Assembly (NCBI RefSeq): GCF_037902255.1
Contig: NZ_CP147990.1
Location: 1,620,001 to 1,652,000, forward strand
Reading direction: 5' to 3'
Origin: Candidatus Electrothrix sp. GW3-4
Lineage (GTDB): Bacteria > Desulfobacterota > Desulfobulbia > Desulfobulbales > Desulfobulbaceae
Length of the DNA: 32,000 nucleotides
How positions within the stretch are numbered: the stretch's first letter is position 1; each line of letters opens with the position of its first letter. Of the stretch, positions 6,667 to 15,693 are shown in pieces. Under the pieces are notes generated by a model. The model ran no database searches and was not told the DNA's origin. It saw only the letters and a list, made by a program, of their open reading frames with translations. A program made the position numbers and the translations under genes.

Positions 6667-8754
6667 ATGCTGAATAATCGTTTTTTTCTCAAAGCACTCG
6701 TGTCTCTTGGTCTTTCCCTGTTTCTTCTTGCCTTGCTCATCAACAGTATTGATGGGGCAGCAGAGCTTGCGATCAGGCCAAAACTCTTCTCCGTACTGGC
6801 GCAGACCTCTGGGAATGCTCTCTTGCTCTACATGTTGGCAAGTGTTCTGCAAACCTTTTTTCGAACAATTCGTTACAGGGTTCTTCTGAAAAGTTCTCTC
6901 AAGAATAATGAAGTGCTGCCTGGTTTGTCACGCCTCTTCATGGTCACGATGAGCAGGAACATGTTTACGGACATGCTTCCGGCCCGCTTGGGTGAGCTGA
7001 GCTACATTACTATGTTGAATCTGGGGTTTAAGGTCAAAGCAGACGCCTGCCTGAGTTCGCTTGCGCTCTCCTTTGTTTTTGACCTGATCGCCTTGGCTCT
7101 CTTGCTCCTGGGGATGATCGGTTACCAGATGTTCCTTTCAGGAATTGAATTATGGCTGGTCGCAACCTTAATCATTTTATTAGTTATCTGCGGCCTTCTT
7201 TTGTTGATTCTTTTTCCGACCCTTCAACGAATGAGTGAATATCTGTCCAGCAAATTTTCCAGTAATGGCAAAAGGGACGGGAAAGCAGGAAAGCTGATCA
7301 AGCTTCTCCACGACACCTCTCTCTCTTTACAGAAGGCCGCCCAAAGAGGCATTGTAGGTCGGGTACTGATTCTTTCCTTGGGAGTACGTATTGCCAAATA
7401 TACAGGCCTGTACCTGCTCTTTTGTGGAGTGGTGGACTCTTTTCCCGATATAACCAGAGAGCTTGTTGATGTCGTTATCGCCCTGATCAGTGCTGAAGCC
7501 GGAGCTGGCTTACCTATCCCAACCTTTATGAGTTTCGGCACCTATGAAGCGGGCGGAACCCTGGCTCTCATTGCCCTGGGAGCAAGTAAGGCAAGCTCTG
7601 TTGTGGTGATGCTTGCTTTACATATCTGGAGCCAATGTATTGACTATGCCTTTGGTATCGGAGCCACAGTCCTTTTCACCCTATCAGTCATTGACCGGGA
7701 ATTGCTTTTTAAGAAAGCGAGAAATGATGGAAGAAGACAATGGAAAATATTGTCCTGTGCGCTGCTCATGCTCTTTGGGGGAATCTTTTTTTTAGGGGGA
7801 CAGTTATGGAAAATACATAAAACCGGCTGGGTTCATCCGCCAAGCCCTGGTAAGGCCATATCCATATCGAGTACTGCTGAGCGAAGAACCAACCCTGTCT
7901 TTGATCACCTGCACGGCTTTGTCATCTGGAGCAGTAATAGGTTCGGCAATCATGATCTTGTCATGTTAACCTTGCCGGAATTAGAGTTGACCCGCTTGAC
8001 AACAGATCCGTACACAGAGTATTTTCCACGAATTTCACCGGACGGCAGCAAGGTGCTTTTTTGTCGGTCTCAGGAACCTTGGGTGTCCCAGAGAAATCAA
8101 TTCGCCTGGGATACCTGGATCCTGGATTTAGCAAGCGGTACGACCCACTTGTTAGCCAAAAACGCCAATACGCCGACTTGGTCTGCTGACGGCGAAAAGA
8201 TCTATTTTCTTCGTCAAGCAAATCAGTTTGTGGAATATACCCTTGCCAATCAAAAAGAAATTGTGGTATTTGAAACAGGGAAGAATCACTCACTGAATGC
8301 CTCTATTTATCTTGAAACCCCTGTCTGGAGCGATACCAGACAGACCTTGGCTGTGACGCTCCGGGGCGGAGCAAGAGGGACCTTTGTTATCAATAAAGAT
8401 AAATCGCTCCAACAAGTCGGCAAGGGATGTCAATTAAATTGGGCCCCTGATTCCTCGTTCCTTTATCTGGTTGACCATACGAAAACAGGTAGCAACGCGT
8501 TTTTTATAGTTGATCCTGAAACGTTGGAGAAAAAGCTTTGGTTCGATGCCCCTGGTGCATTTAGTCATGAATACTTCCCGAAGGTTTCCAATACAGGCGA
8601 TATACTGGTCTTTGGTGCAAGTACAGGAGGACATGAGCACGATAGAGCGGATTATGAAATTTTTCTCTGGCCTATCGGAACCCCTATGGGCAACACAGCA
8701 AGACTGAGCTTTCATACTGGCAATGATAATTGGCCGGATATTTTTTTGTATTAG
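6667..8754 (+). CDS. Fusion protein: N-terminal UPF0104 flippase-like membrane domain plus C-terminal TolB-like (PD40/WD40-like) beta-propeller
   Basis: The N-terminal ~375 aa are polytopic and carry FTDMLPARLGELSYI, which parallels the GGD..R motif of the upstream paralogue. The C-terminal ~300 aa carry repeated PD40-type motifs: YFPRISPDGSKVLF, NTPTWSADGEKIYF, NWAPDSSFLYLV, EYFPKVSNTGDILVF, and a terminal RLSFHTGNDNWPD. Confidence 0.75.
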   Translation: MLNNRFFLKALVSLGLSLFLLALLINSIDGAAELAIRPKLFSVLAQTSGNALLLYMLASVLQTFFRTIRYRVLLKSSLKNNEVLPGLSRLFMVTMSRNMFTDMLPARLGELSYITMLNLGFKVKADACLSSLALSFVFDLIALALLLLGMIGYQMFLSGIELWLVATLIILLVICGLLLLILFPTLQRMSEYLSSKFSSNGKRDGKAGKLIKLLHDTSLSLQKAAQRGIVGRVLILSLGVRIAKYTGLYLLFCGVVDSFPDITRELVDVVIALISAEAGAGLPIPTFMSFGTYEAGGTLALIALGASKASSVVVMLALHIWSQCIDYAFGIGATVLFTLSVIDRELLFKKARNDGRRQWKILSCALLMLFGGIFFLGGQLWKIHKTGWVHPPSPGKAISISSTAERRTNPVFDHLHGFVIWSSNRFGNHDLVMLTLPELELTRLTTDPYTEYFPRISPDGSKVLFCRSQEPWVSQRNQFAWDTWILDLASGTTHLLAKNANTPTWSADGEKIYFLRQANQFVEYTLANQKEIVVFETGKNHSLNASIYLETPVWSDTRQTLAVTLRGGARGTFVINKDKSLQQVGKGCQLNWAPDSSFLYLVDHTKTGSNAFFIVDPETLEKKLWFDAPGAFSHEYFPKVSNTGDILVFGASTGGHEHDRADYEIFLWPIGTPMGNTARLSFHTGNDNWPDIFLY

Positions 8755-8872
8755 GCCTTGATAATTCATTGTTATGTTTTTATGTGTTCATACCAAGGTC
8801 TGACTCAGCAACCCCGAAAAAAATGAACCTAAAAAGCCCCTCTTAAATTGAATACTGATAAAAAGGAAGAGA

Positions 8873-9838
8873 ATGAAACTCTCTGTCGTAATACCTATCT
8901 ATAATGAAGAAGAAAATATCAATCTCCTTTACGATGAGTTAAAAGGGGTTCTTAAGACCATAGAGCATGAACACGAGATTGTCTTTGTCGATGACGGCTC
9001 AAGTGATGCAAGTTTGACCTTGCTGGAAAAAATACAACAGCTGGATAAAGATGTAGTGGTTGTGTCCTTTCGCCGCAACTTTGGTCAGACCGCTGCTATG
9101 TCTGCGGGTTTTGATTATGCCACCGGTGATGTGATCGTGACTATGGACGGGGATATGCAAAATGACCCCCATGATATCCCCATATTCCTGGAAAAAATGG
9201 AAGAGGGGTATGAACTGGTCAGCGGCTGGCGCTACGACCGTCAGGACCCTTTTCTTAATCGGCGCCTCCCCTCTATGATTGCCAACAAGATCATCTCAGT
9301 GGTGACAGGTGTCCATTTGCATGACTACGGATGTACTCTAAAAACCTTCAGAAAAGAGATTACCCAGGGGATCCGGCTCTACGGAGAAATGCATCGATTT
9401 ATCCCAGCTATTGCCAGTGGTGTGGGCGGAAAAATTACTGAGGTCAAGGCCAATCACCGCCCTCGGCGTTTTGGCACCTCAAAATACGGCATTTCCAGAA
9501 CCCTCCGTGTTGTATTGGATCTGATGACGGTTAAATTTTTGCTCAGCTATGCCACTCGCCCCATTCATGTTTTTGGTATGCTAGGACTTGTCAGTGGAGG
9601 CTCAGGATTTCTTATCGCCCTGATAATGACTGTTCAGCGAATGTTTTTTGAGGTTCCCATGGCAAACAGGCCTCTCCTTTTACTGGCAATCCTACTTATC
9701 CTCATGGGAATGCAATTTATCTATATGGGCTTATTAGGAGAGCTTCAGGTCAGGACCTATCATGAATCGCAAAAAAAGCCAATTTATGTGGTACGGAGCG
9801 TTTTCGGCTGTCAGGATCAAGAAGAAAAAAACAACTGA
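8873..9838 (+). CDS. GT2 polyprenyl-phosphate glycosyltransferase (GtrB/ArnC/DPM1-like) with two C-terminal TM helices
   Basis: Supporting motifs are LSVVIPIYNEEENI, VFVDDGSSDAS, FRRNFGQTAAMSAGF, TMDGDMQNDP and YGEMHRFIP. The two C-terminal hydrophobic helices are typical of lipid-phosphate sugar synthases. A strong SD (AAAGGAAGAG) precedes the start. Confidence 0.9.
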   Translation: MKLSVVIPIYNEEENINLLYDELKGVLKTIEHEHEIVFVDDGSSDASLTLLEKIQQLDKDVVVVSFRRNFGQTAAMSAGFDYATGDVIVTMDGDMQNDPHDIPIFLEKMEEGYELVSGWRYDRQDPFLNRRLPSMIANKIISVVTGVHLHDYGCTLKTFRKEITQGIRLYGEMHRFIPAIASGVGGKITEVKANHRPRRFGTSKYGISRTLRVVLDLMTVKFLLSYATRPIHVFGMLGLVSGGSGFLIALIMTVQRMFFEVPMANRPLLLLAILLILMGMQFIYMGLLGELQVRTYHESQKKPIYVVRSVFGCQDQEEKNN

Positions 9839-10893
9839 TGAGTGATGAACAGGTTTCAGCGGTCAATATAGTTATTCCGAACTGGAATGGTCTGCGTTTT
9901 CTTCCTGCTTGTTTAAGCTCAATCGAACAGCAGGACTTTGTATCCCGACAAGTTACCGTTGTTGATAACGGCTCAAGCGATGGCTCCTTGGAGTATTTGC
10001 GCGAAAATCAACCGCAGGTCCGAGTCATTGAACTGCCGGAAAATAGGGGGTTCAGTGCGGCAGTCAACAAAGGGATCCTGAGTAGCAGCGCTCCCTTTGT
10101 TTTTTTACTGAATAATGACACAGAATTAGATTTTTCTTGTTTGTCTCATCTTGTGGACGCAGCTAAAGATCTGAAGGCTTTTGATTTTTTTTCACCTAAA
10201 ATGCTGAGTTTTCATAACCGTACCGTCTTAGACGGGGCAGGTGACGGGTATCTCCGCGGCGGGGCAGGGTATCGTTTGGGGACAATGGAGCTGGATGGCC
10301 CTGTATATAATAGGCCTGGCCCAACCTTTGGTGCCTGCGCAGGGGCAGTTCTGTACCGCCGCTCACTGTTTGATCATATTGGTCTGTTTGATGAAGATTT
10401 TTTTGCCTATCTCGAGGATGTTGATTTAAACCTGCGTATCAATTATTCAGGCAGGCGAGGCTATTACGTACCAGCTGCTAAGGTTTATCATATTGGCAGT
10501 GCATCCAGTGGTTCCAAGATTAATCCTTTTACAATCCGTCTTTCCACCCGTAATTCCTGCTACGTACTGCTGAAAAATTACCCAACAGGGCTTTTCTTCC
10601 GCCTGTTGCCGGTTATTGTAATCTATCAATTTTTCTGGTTGCTTTTTGTCATAAAAAAGAGGCAGATTTTAGCCTATCTGCAAGGGATCGGGAAAGCCGT
10701 TATCGGTATGAGAAAAATGCGAAAGAAACACAGAGAAATCAGTTTATATGATTCTCTGACTTCTGCTGAATTTGCTGATCGCTTATCTCTAGCGGAAAAG
10801 GTGGTCGTAGAGTCCATCATGCGTAGACGAAGTGCGGAAGGGAAAAATAATTGGCTGCTGAATTTCTATCTTGTTTTCTTTTGTAGAAAGTAA
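9838..10893 (+). CDS. GT2 glycosyltransferase (WbbL/RfbF rhamnosyltransferase-like)
   Basis: Supporting motifs are VIPNWNG, VVDNGSSDGS, NRGFSAAVNKG, LLNNDTE, CAGAVLYRRSLF..GLFDEDFFAYLEDVDLNLR. The start overlaps the upstream stop (TGATG). Confidence 0.85.
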   Translation: MSDEQVSAVNIVIPNWNGLRFLPACLSSIEQQDFVSRQVTVVDNGSSDGSLEYLRENQPQVRVIELPENRGFSAAVNKGILSSSAPFVFLLNNDTELDFSCLSHLVDAAKDLKAFDFFSPKMLSFHNRTVLDGAGDGYLRGGAGYRLGTMELDGPVYNRPGPTFGACAGAVLYRRSLFDHIGLFDEDFFAYLEDVDLNLRINYSGRRGYYVPAAKVYHIGSASSGSKINPFTIRLSTRNSCYVLLKNYPTGLFFRLLPVIVIYQFFWLLFVIKKRQILAYLQGIGKAVIGMRKMRKKHREISLYDSLTSAEFADRLSLAEKVVVESIMRRRSAEGKNNWLLNFYLVFFCRK

Positions 10894-11008
10894 GTTATGG
10901 ATAATACTTTTGTGAAACCTCAGACTGTATGGGATAAAAAAAAATATTTTGTTCCCAATAATTATAGTCCTGCTCGCCATATGCTTTTTTTATTCTGTCA
11001 ATTCTAGT

Positions 11009-12067
11009 TAGGAGTTACGCAGTTGGTAGAGATCCGTTAGTATAGCAGCATGAACAAGCCCAAGATAACAGAATACGATTACATAGATTTCCTTATCGGC
11101 ACGCAAAAAGTTTATAGCTGCACGGAAGCGGAACGAGTTAATCCAGGTGAAACCTCTGGTCCGTCGCACGATGCGTACACCCGGCAGCTGCACCGCCTTT
11201 TTCCAAGCACTGATCGACTTTGGATCGAAGCTAAAGAGCATGTCGACCTGAAGAAAGGGTACCTGATTGCCGACGACAGCACCTCTGGACAAGTTTTACA
11301 GTCGTAAAATTAAACTGGTAACCCGCCATTGGTCGGGTAAACACAAAAAGGTCGTCTCTGGGATCAACCTATTGACTCTGCTGTGGACCGATGACGAGTG
11401 GTATATCCCTATAGATTACAGGAGTTACAACAAGTCCGTCGATGATTTAACGAAAAATGATCACTTTCGCACTATGCTGTGGACAGCTGCGGAACGGGGA
11501 GTTAGCCCAGAAGCTGTACTTTTTGACAGTTGGTATTCCGGCCTGGATAATCTTAAGCTCATCCGATTGCTCGGGTGGCTATGGATGACTCGCTTGAAGG
11601 GTAACCGTCTGATCAATCCCGATCGATCAGGAAATATTGCCGTTAGTCAGGCAAAAATTTCAGAACACGGCGAGGTAGTTCATCTTAAAGGATACGGTAT
11701 GATTAAAGTATTCAGGACTGTCAGAACAGACGATGACGCTGAATATTGGGCGACCAATGACCTGAAGATGAACGACCTTGAACGACTAAAATACTCCGAA
11801 CTTAGCTGGATGATTGAAACATATCATCGAGGTATCAAACAGTTCTGTGGTGCCGAACGTTGTCAGGCTCGTTCCGAACGGGCGCAGCGAAATCACATCG
11901 AATTGGCATTACGTGCTTTTTTACGCATAGAGTATCATTGTTTCGTTAAAGGGATTTCTTGGTTCGAGGCAAAGACTTCAATCATCCGTGATGCTGGTCG
12001 GGCTTATTTAGCTCAGCCGATTTATACGCTTGATCCTATCAACCTTTATGCAACTGCGTAACTCCTA
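11009..12067 (+). mobile_element. Insertion sequence (~1.06 kb) with 15-17 bp perfect terminal inverted repeats and a frameshifted IS701-like DDE transposase
   Basis: The left end is (TA)GGAGTTACGCAGTTG at 11009-11025 and the right end is CAACTGCGTAACTCC(TA) at 12051-12067; the two are exact reverse complements. The outermost TA could be part of the IR or a 2-bp target duplication. The transposase stop codon lies inside the right IR. Confidence 0.8.
11050..12061 (+). pseudogene. IS701-like (IS4-superfamily) DDE transposase split by a 1-nt frameshift near 11284
   Basis: ORF1 ends ...LIADDSTSGQVLQS*. Skipping the T at 11284 joins the two ORFs as ...LIADDST|LDKFYSRKIKLVTRHWSGKHKKVVSGINLLTLLWTD..., about 336 aa in total. 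The C-terminal WMIETYHRGIKQFCGAERCQARS..RNHIELALRAFL resembles the IS701/IS4 YREK region. There is no slippery heptamer at the junction. Confidence 0.75.
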
Positions 12068-12150
12068 TTTAATCTGGTTATTCTTTCAGTTACATACAAT
12101 CTTTTCTTTCTTCAGAAAAAATAAAGAGAAACAGAGAGTTTGATGTCGTT

Positions 12151-13830
12151 ATGGAGGTAAAAGAATATTGCAAATTATCTGTTATTATTCCAATATACAA
12201 TGAAGAAAAGACGCTCAGTAAGGTGGTCAATGCTGTCCAGAGAGTTGAACTTCCTCTTGCGAAAGAAATTGTCATTGTTGATGATGCCTCAACGGACTCA
12301 ACCCGCCAGGTTATTGAACAGTTTCCCGATAAGAATTTTGTAAAGATTTTTCATGATAAGAACCAGGGAAAAGGGGCTGCATTGCGCTCCGGTTTTGCCA
12401 GAGCAACCGGAGATGTCATCTTAATTCAGGATGCCGATTTGGAGTATAATCCAGCTGAGTACCCCAAGTTACTGAAGCCCATATTGGACGGTAAGGCCGA
12501 TGTGGTTTATGGGTCGCGATTTATCGGTTCAGATGCCCATCGGGTCCTCTATTTTTGGCACATGGTAGGTAACCGTCTTTTAACACTTTTTTCAAACACA
12601 TGCTCCAATCTTAATTTAACAGATATGGAGACCTGCTATAAGGTGTTCAAAAAAGATGTGATTGGGCGGATTGAGTTAGAGGAAAATCGTTTTGGAATTG
12701 AACCCGAAATGACGGCAAAGATAGCCCGGTTAGCACAAGATCAAGAGATTGCCATCTATGAGGTTGGGATATCTTATTTTGGACGTACTTATAGTGAAGG
12801 CAAAAAAATTGGTATTAAAGATGCGTTTCGTGCTGCATGGTGTATCTGGAAATATAATACAACGACAACGGCAAAAATAATTAAGTACGTTACTCATGGT
12901 GGCATTGTCGCTCTGTCTCAGTTTCTTTTGATGGTCCTTCTTGTTCAAGGAGCCAGTTTAACGACAGCGTATGAGCTGAATGTAGCAAATATACTGAGCA
13001 TTGAAGGGGCCTTACTTATAGCTTTCTTGCTTCATTCAACCCTCACCTGGCATGTTCGGTTTATCTCAATCCAAAAAGTTATAAAGAGTCTCCTCGAATT
13101 TCACCTTGTTACGAGTATAAGTATCCTGACGAGAATCGGCAGCTTTTACTTTTTGAATTTCCTCGGACTCAATTATATTCTTAACCTTACCATCGGAATT
13201 ATCGCCGCTGTTTTAATTAATTACTTTGGTTATGAAAAAATTGTTTTTAATGGAGAGAGGGAGAAGCAAGAACCTTTTATGGAACCCATTCTCCGCAGAA
13301 TGAGGATCAGGAGGGTACTTCAAGAAATCAGGAAAAAACCTAAATCTGCTCTACTTGACGTGGGATGCGGTTTTAATCATGCATTTCTATCTGCTATAGG
13401 ACCCTATATCGGAAGTGGTACCGGGATTGATTTTAAGGTTCAAGAAAAAAAATCTGCTAATATTTCTACTATTCAAGCTCGATTGGATAAAAAACTGCCC
13501 TTTGAAAACGCTACCTTTGATACCGTAACAATGCTTGCCGTACTTGAGCATCTCGATCATCCATTAGCAATTACACGCGAAATAACGAGGGTGCTTAAAC
13601 CTGGTGGGAAATTAATCCTCACCGTGCCTGGAAAACGGGCAAAACCTGTGCTTGAATTCCTTTCCTTTAAATTGGGAATTGTTAACCGCGCCGAGATTGA
13701 AGATCATAAAAAATATTACGACCTTGAGGAATTAAAAGAGCTTATTCGACAAATCGACCCCTTGGAGATTATTGAACATAGACATTTTCAGTTTGGCATG
13801 AATAATTTTTGCATAATACAAAAGAAGTAG
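12151..13830 (+). CDS. Tri-domain protein: GT2 glycosyltransferase, GtrA-like membrane domain and class I SAM-dependent methyltransferase
   Basis: The GT2 domain shows LSVIIPIYNEEKTL, VIVDDASTDST, QDADLEYNP and GSRF. The GtrA-like hydrophobic segment spans roughly residues 245-365 (IIKYVTHGGIVALSQF...NYFGYEKIVF). The methyltransferase domain shows LLDVGCGFN (motif I), FDTVTMLAVLEHL and LKPGGKLILTVP. Confidence 0.8.
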   Translation: MEVKEYCKLSVIIPIYNEEKTLSKVVNAVQRVELPLAKEIVIVDDASTDSTRQVIEQFPDKNFVKIFHDKNQGKGAALRSGFARATGDVILIQDADLEYNPAEYPKLLKPILDGKADVVYGSRFIGSDAHRVLYFWHMVGNRLLTLFSNTCSNLNLTDMETCYKVFKKDVIGRIELEENRFGIEPEMTAKIARLAQDQEIAIYEVGISYFGRTYSEGKKIGIKDAFRAAWCIWKYNTTTTAKIIKYVTHGGIVALSQFLLMVLLVQGASLTTAYELNVANILSIEGALLIAFLLHSTLTWHVRFISIQKVIKSLLEFHLVTSISILTRIGSFYFLNFLGLNYILNLTIGIIAAVLINYFGYEKIVFNGEREKQEPFMEPILRRMRIRRVLQEIRKKPKSALLDVGCGFNHAFLSAIGPYIGSGTGIDFKVQEKKSANISTIQARLDKKLPFENATFDTVTMLAVLEHLDHPLAITREITRVLKPGGKLILTVPGKRAKPVLEFLSFKLGIVNRAEIEDHKKYYDLEELKELIRQIDPLEIIEHRHFQFGMNNFCIIQKK

Positions 13831-13899
13831 ATTATCCTACAAGCAGTCCCAAACACTCTTTGAGTGAGAGCCAGCTTCTTTTTTTAACCCCACAACGCT

Positions 13900-14730
13900 A
13901 TGGCTGAACTTGCCGTCATTATTGTTACCCATAATTCTCAAGATGTGCTGCCTCGCTGTTTGGCTGCTCTTCGCCAGCAAACGATGCAGGCTGATATCGT
14001 CTTGGTAGATTCAGGGTCAAAGGATGCTTCTTATCTGAATGCCTACAAGGATTGGGTTGGAATCAGTGTTCTTTTTTTAGAAAATATTGGATTTAGTCGA
14101 GCTAATAATATCGGCTATCAAAGGGTATATCAAACAGCAAAATTTATCCTTTTTCTTAATCCAGACGCCTTTCTCTCAGAGAACACCCTCGAATATGCCC
14201 TTGCCGTTCTTAAAAAGAATAATAAAGTCGGATGTATAGGAGGGAGGCTGTTGGGCTATGACCAGAGTAATGATCAACCTACAGGCCTTTTGGATTCCAC
14301 CGGGGTATTCAGGAAATGGTATGGCTGTTGGTATGACCGAAGTCAAGGCGAGAAGGATGCCGGGCAGTATCTGATCCAAGAAGACGTCCCCGCTCTTTGT
14401 GGGGCCTTTCTTTTTTGCCGTCAGGCTATGCTGGCTCAGCTTTCCATAGAGCTGGGGTCTGATAACGAGGTTTTTGATCCAGACTTCTTTCTATATAAGG
14501 AAGATATTGAACTCTGCCTGCGAATCAGTAAATTGGGATGGAGGATTGTTTACTCTCCGGCAATACAGCTCTACCATTGCAGGGGCTGGCAGAAAAAACG
14601 ACAACAGATTTCCTACCAACAGCGTTTGATAGCGGCTCGAAGTGAGCTCATCTTGTATAAAAAACACCTTTCCATATATATTTTCTGGGCCTGGTTTAAG
14701 TATGTGCTGGTACGTTGGTTCAAAATATAG
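13900..14730 (+). CDS. GT2 glycosyltransferase (rhamnosyltransferase-like)
   Basis: Supporting motifs are AVIIVTHNS, LVDSGSKD, NIGFSRANNIG, FLNPDAF, CGAFLFCR and FDPDFFLYKEDIELCLR. Confidence 0.8.
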   Translation: MAELAVIIVTHNSQDVLPRCLAALRQQTMQADIVLVDSGSKDASYLNAYKDWVGISVLFLENIGFSRANNIGYQRVYQTAKFILFLNPDAFLSENTLEYALAVLKKNNKVGCIGGRLLGYDQSNDQPTGLLDSTGVFRKWYGCWYDRSQGEKDAGQYLIQEDVPALCGAFLFCRQAMLAQLSIELGSDNEVFDPDFFLYKEDIELCLRISKLGWRIVYSPAIQLYHCRGWQKKRQQISYQQRLIAARSELILYKKHLSIYIFWAWFKYVLVRWFKI

Positions 14731-14743
14731 CTGCTGACTGGCG

Positions 14744-15691
14744 ATGAACAAAAATCAGACCGTCTCCTTAATTATACCCACCTTAAACGCTGAGCCCTGG
14801 CTTGCTGGTCTACTCTCTTCCTTGGTGCGACAGACCCTCTTGCCTGATGAAATCTTATTGATCGATTCAGGATCAACCGATGGGACACTTGCTATTGCGG
14901 AAGGCTATATACGCAGGTATCCCGTTATCCGTCTTTATCAAATTCAGCAACAAGACTTTGATCATGGCGGAACCCGTACCATGGCGGCCCGGAAAACAAC
15001 AGGGGAGATCTTGATCTTTATGACCCAGGACGCTGTGCCAGCAGAGGACCGCGCCCTTGAGCTGCTGATTCGCTCATTTGCAAGCAATCAACAGCTTGCC
15101 GCAGCCTATGGCAGGCAACTTCCTGTACAGGATGCGACCTTCTTTGGTGAGCATCTCCGCCTTTTTAATTATCCAGAAAAACCACAGTTGCGTTGCCAGC
15201 AGGATTGGGGCATCTACGGCTTTAAGACGGTTTTTATTTCTAATTCCTTTGCAGCATGGCGGCGGGACCTGTTGAGGGAACAAGGGTATTTTCCAGGACA
15301 GTTGCTCTTTGGGGAAGACACTGTAGCGCTGGCAAAAATGCTTGAAAAGGGATATTATGTAGCATATGTGAGTGATGCTGCGGTGTATCATTCTCATAAC
15401 TATTCAATTGCCCAGGATTTTAAGAGGTATTTTGACATTGGCGTCTTGCATGAGACACAGGCTCAATACCTTTTGCAGCATGGGGGGCCAGCTGGAGCTG
15501 GCAGAAAATATGTCCTGTCGGAGTTGACGTTGCTCGCCAAGAAAAAAAAATATTATTTACTTCCAGAGGCATTGCTCCGTAACCTAAGCAAGTTTATTGC
15601 CTATAAGGTAGGGAGAAGGTTCAAGATGCTTCCCAGTGATTGGCCAGCTCGTTTAAGTATGAATCCTGGCTGGTGGTCCAAGTCTCTATAA
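14744..15691 (+). CDS. GT2 glycosyltransferase
   Basis: Supporting motifs are VSLIIPTLNAEPWL, ILLIDSGSTDGT, FDHGGTR, FMTQDAVP and GEDTVALAKML. Confidence 0.8.
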   Translation: MNKNQTVSLIIPTLNAEPWLAGLLSSLVRQTLLPDEILLIDSGSTDGTLAIAEGYIRRYPVIRLYQIQQQDFDHGGTRTMAARKTTGEILIFMTQDAVPAEDRALELLIRSFASNQQLAAAYGRQLPVQDATFFGEHLRLFNYPEKPQLRCQQDWGIYGFKTVFISNSFAAWRRDLLREQGYFPGQLLFGEDTVALAKMLEKGYYVAYVSDAAVYHSHNYSIAQDFKRYFDIGVLHETQAQYLLQHGGPAGAGRKYVLSELTLLAKKKKYYLLPEALLRNLSKFIAYKVGRRFKMLPSDWPARLSMNPGWWSKSL

Positions 15692-15693
15692 TT

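Noticed and set aside
10897-11007. The idea that the IS truncated a gene whose first 36 codons remain
   Set aside because: The ORF's TAG (11005-11007) lies in the flank outside the IS inverted repeat. It would still terminate the ORF after precise excision (…TTC TAG TTA TTT AAT…). The sequence after the IS offers no continuing long frame.
11263-11307. Programmed ribosomal frameshifting in the IS transposase
   Set aside because: The ORF overlap has no slippery heptamer (A AAA AAG type) and no obvious downstream structure. The two frames rejoin perfectly if a single T (11284) is removed, so a mutational frameshift or a sequencing error is more parsimonious.
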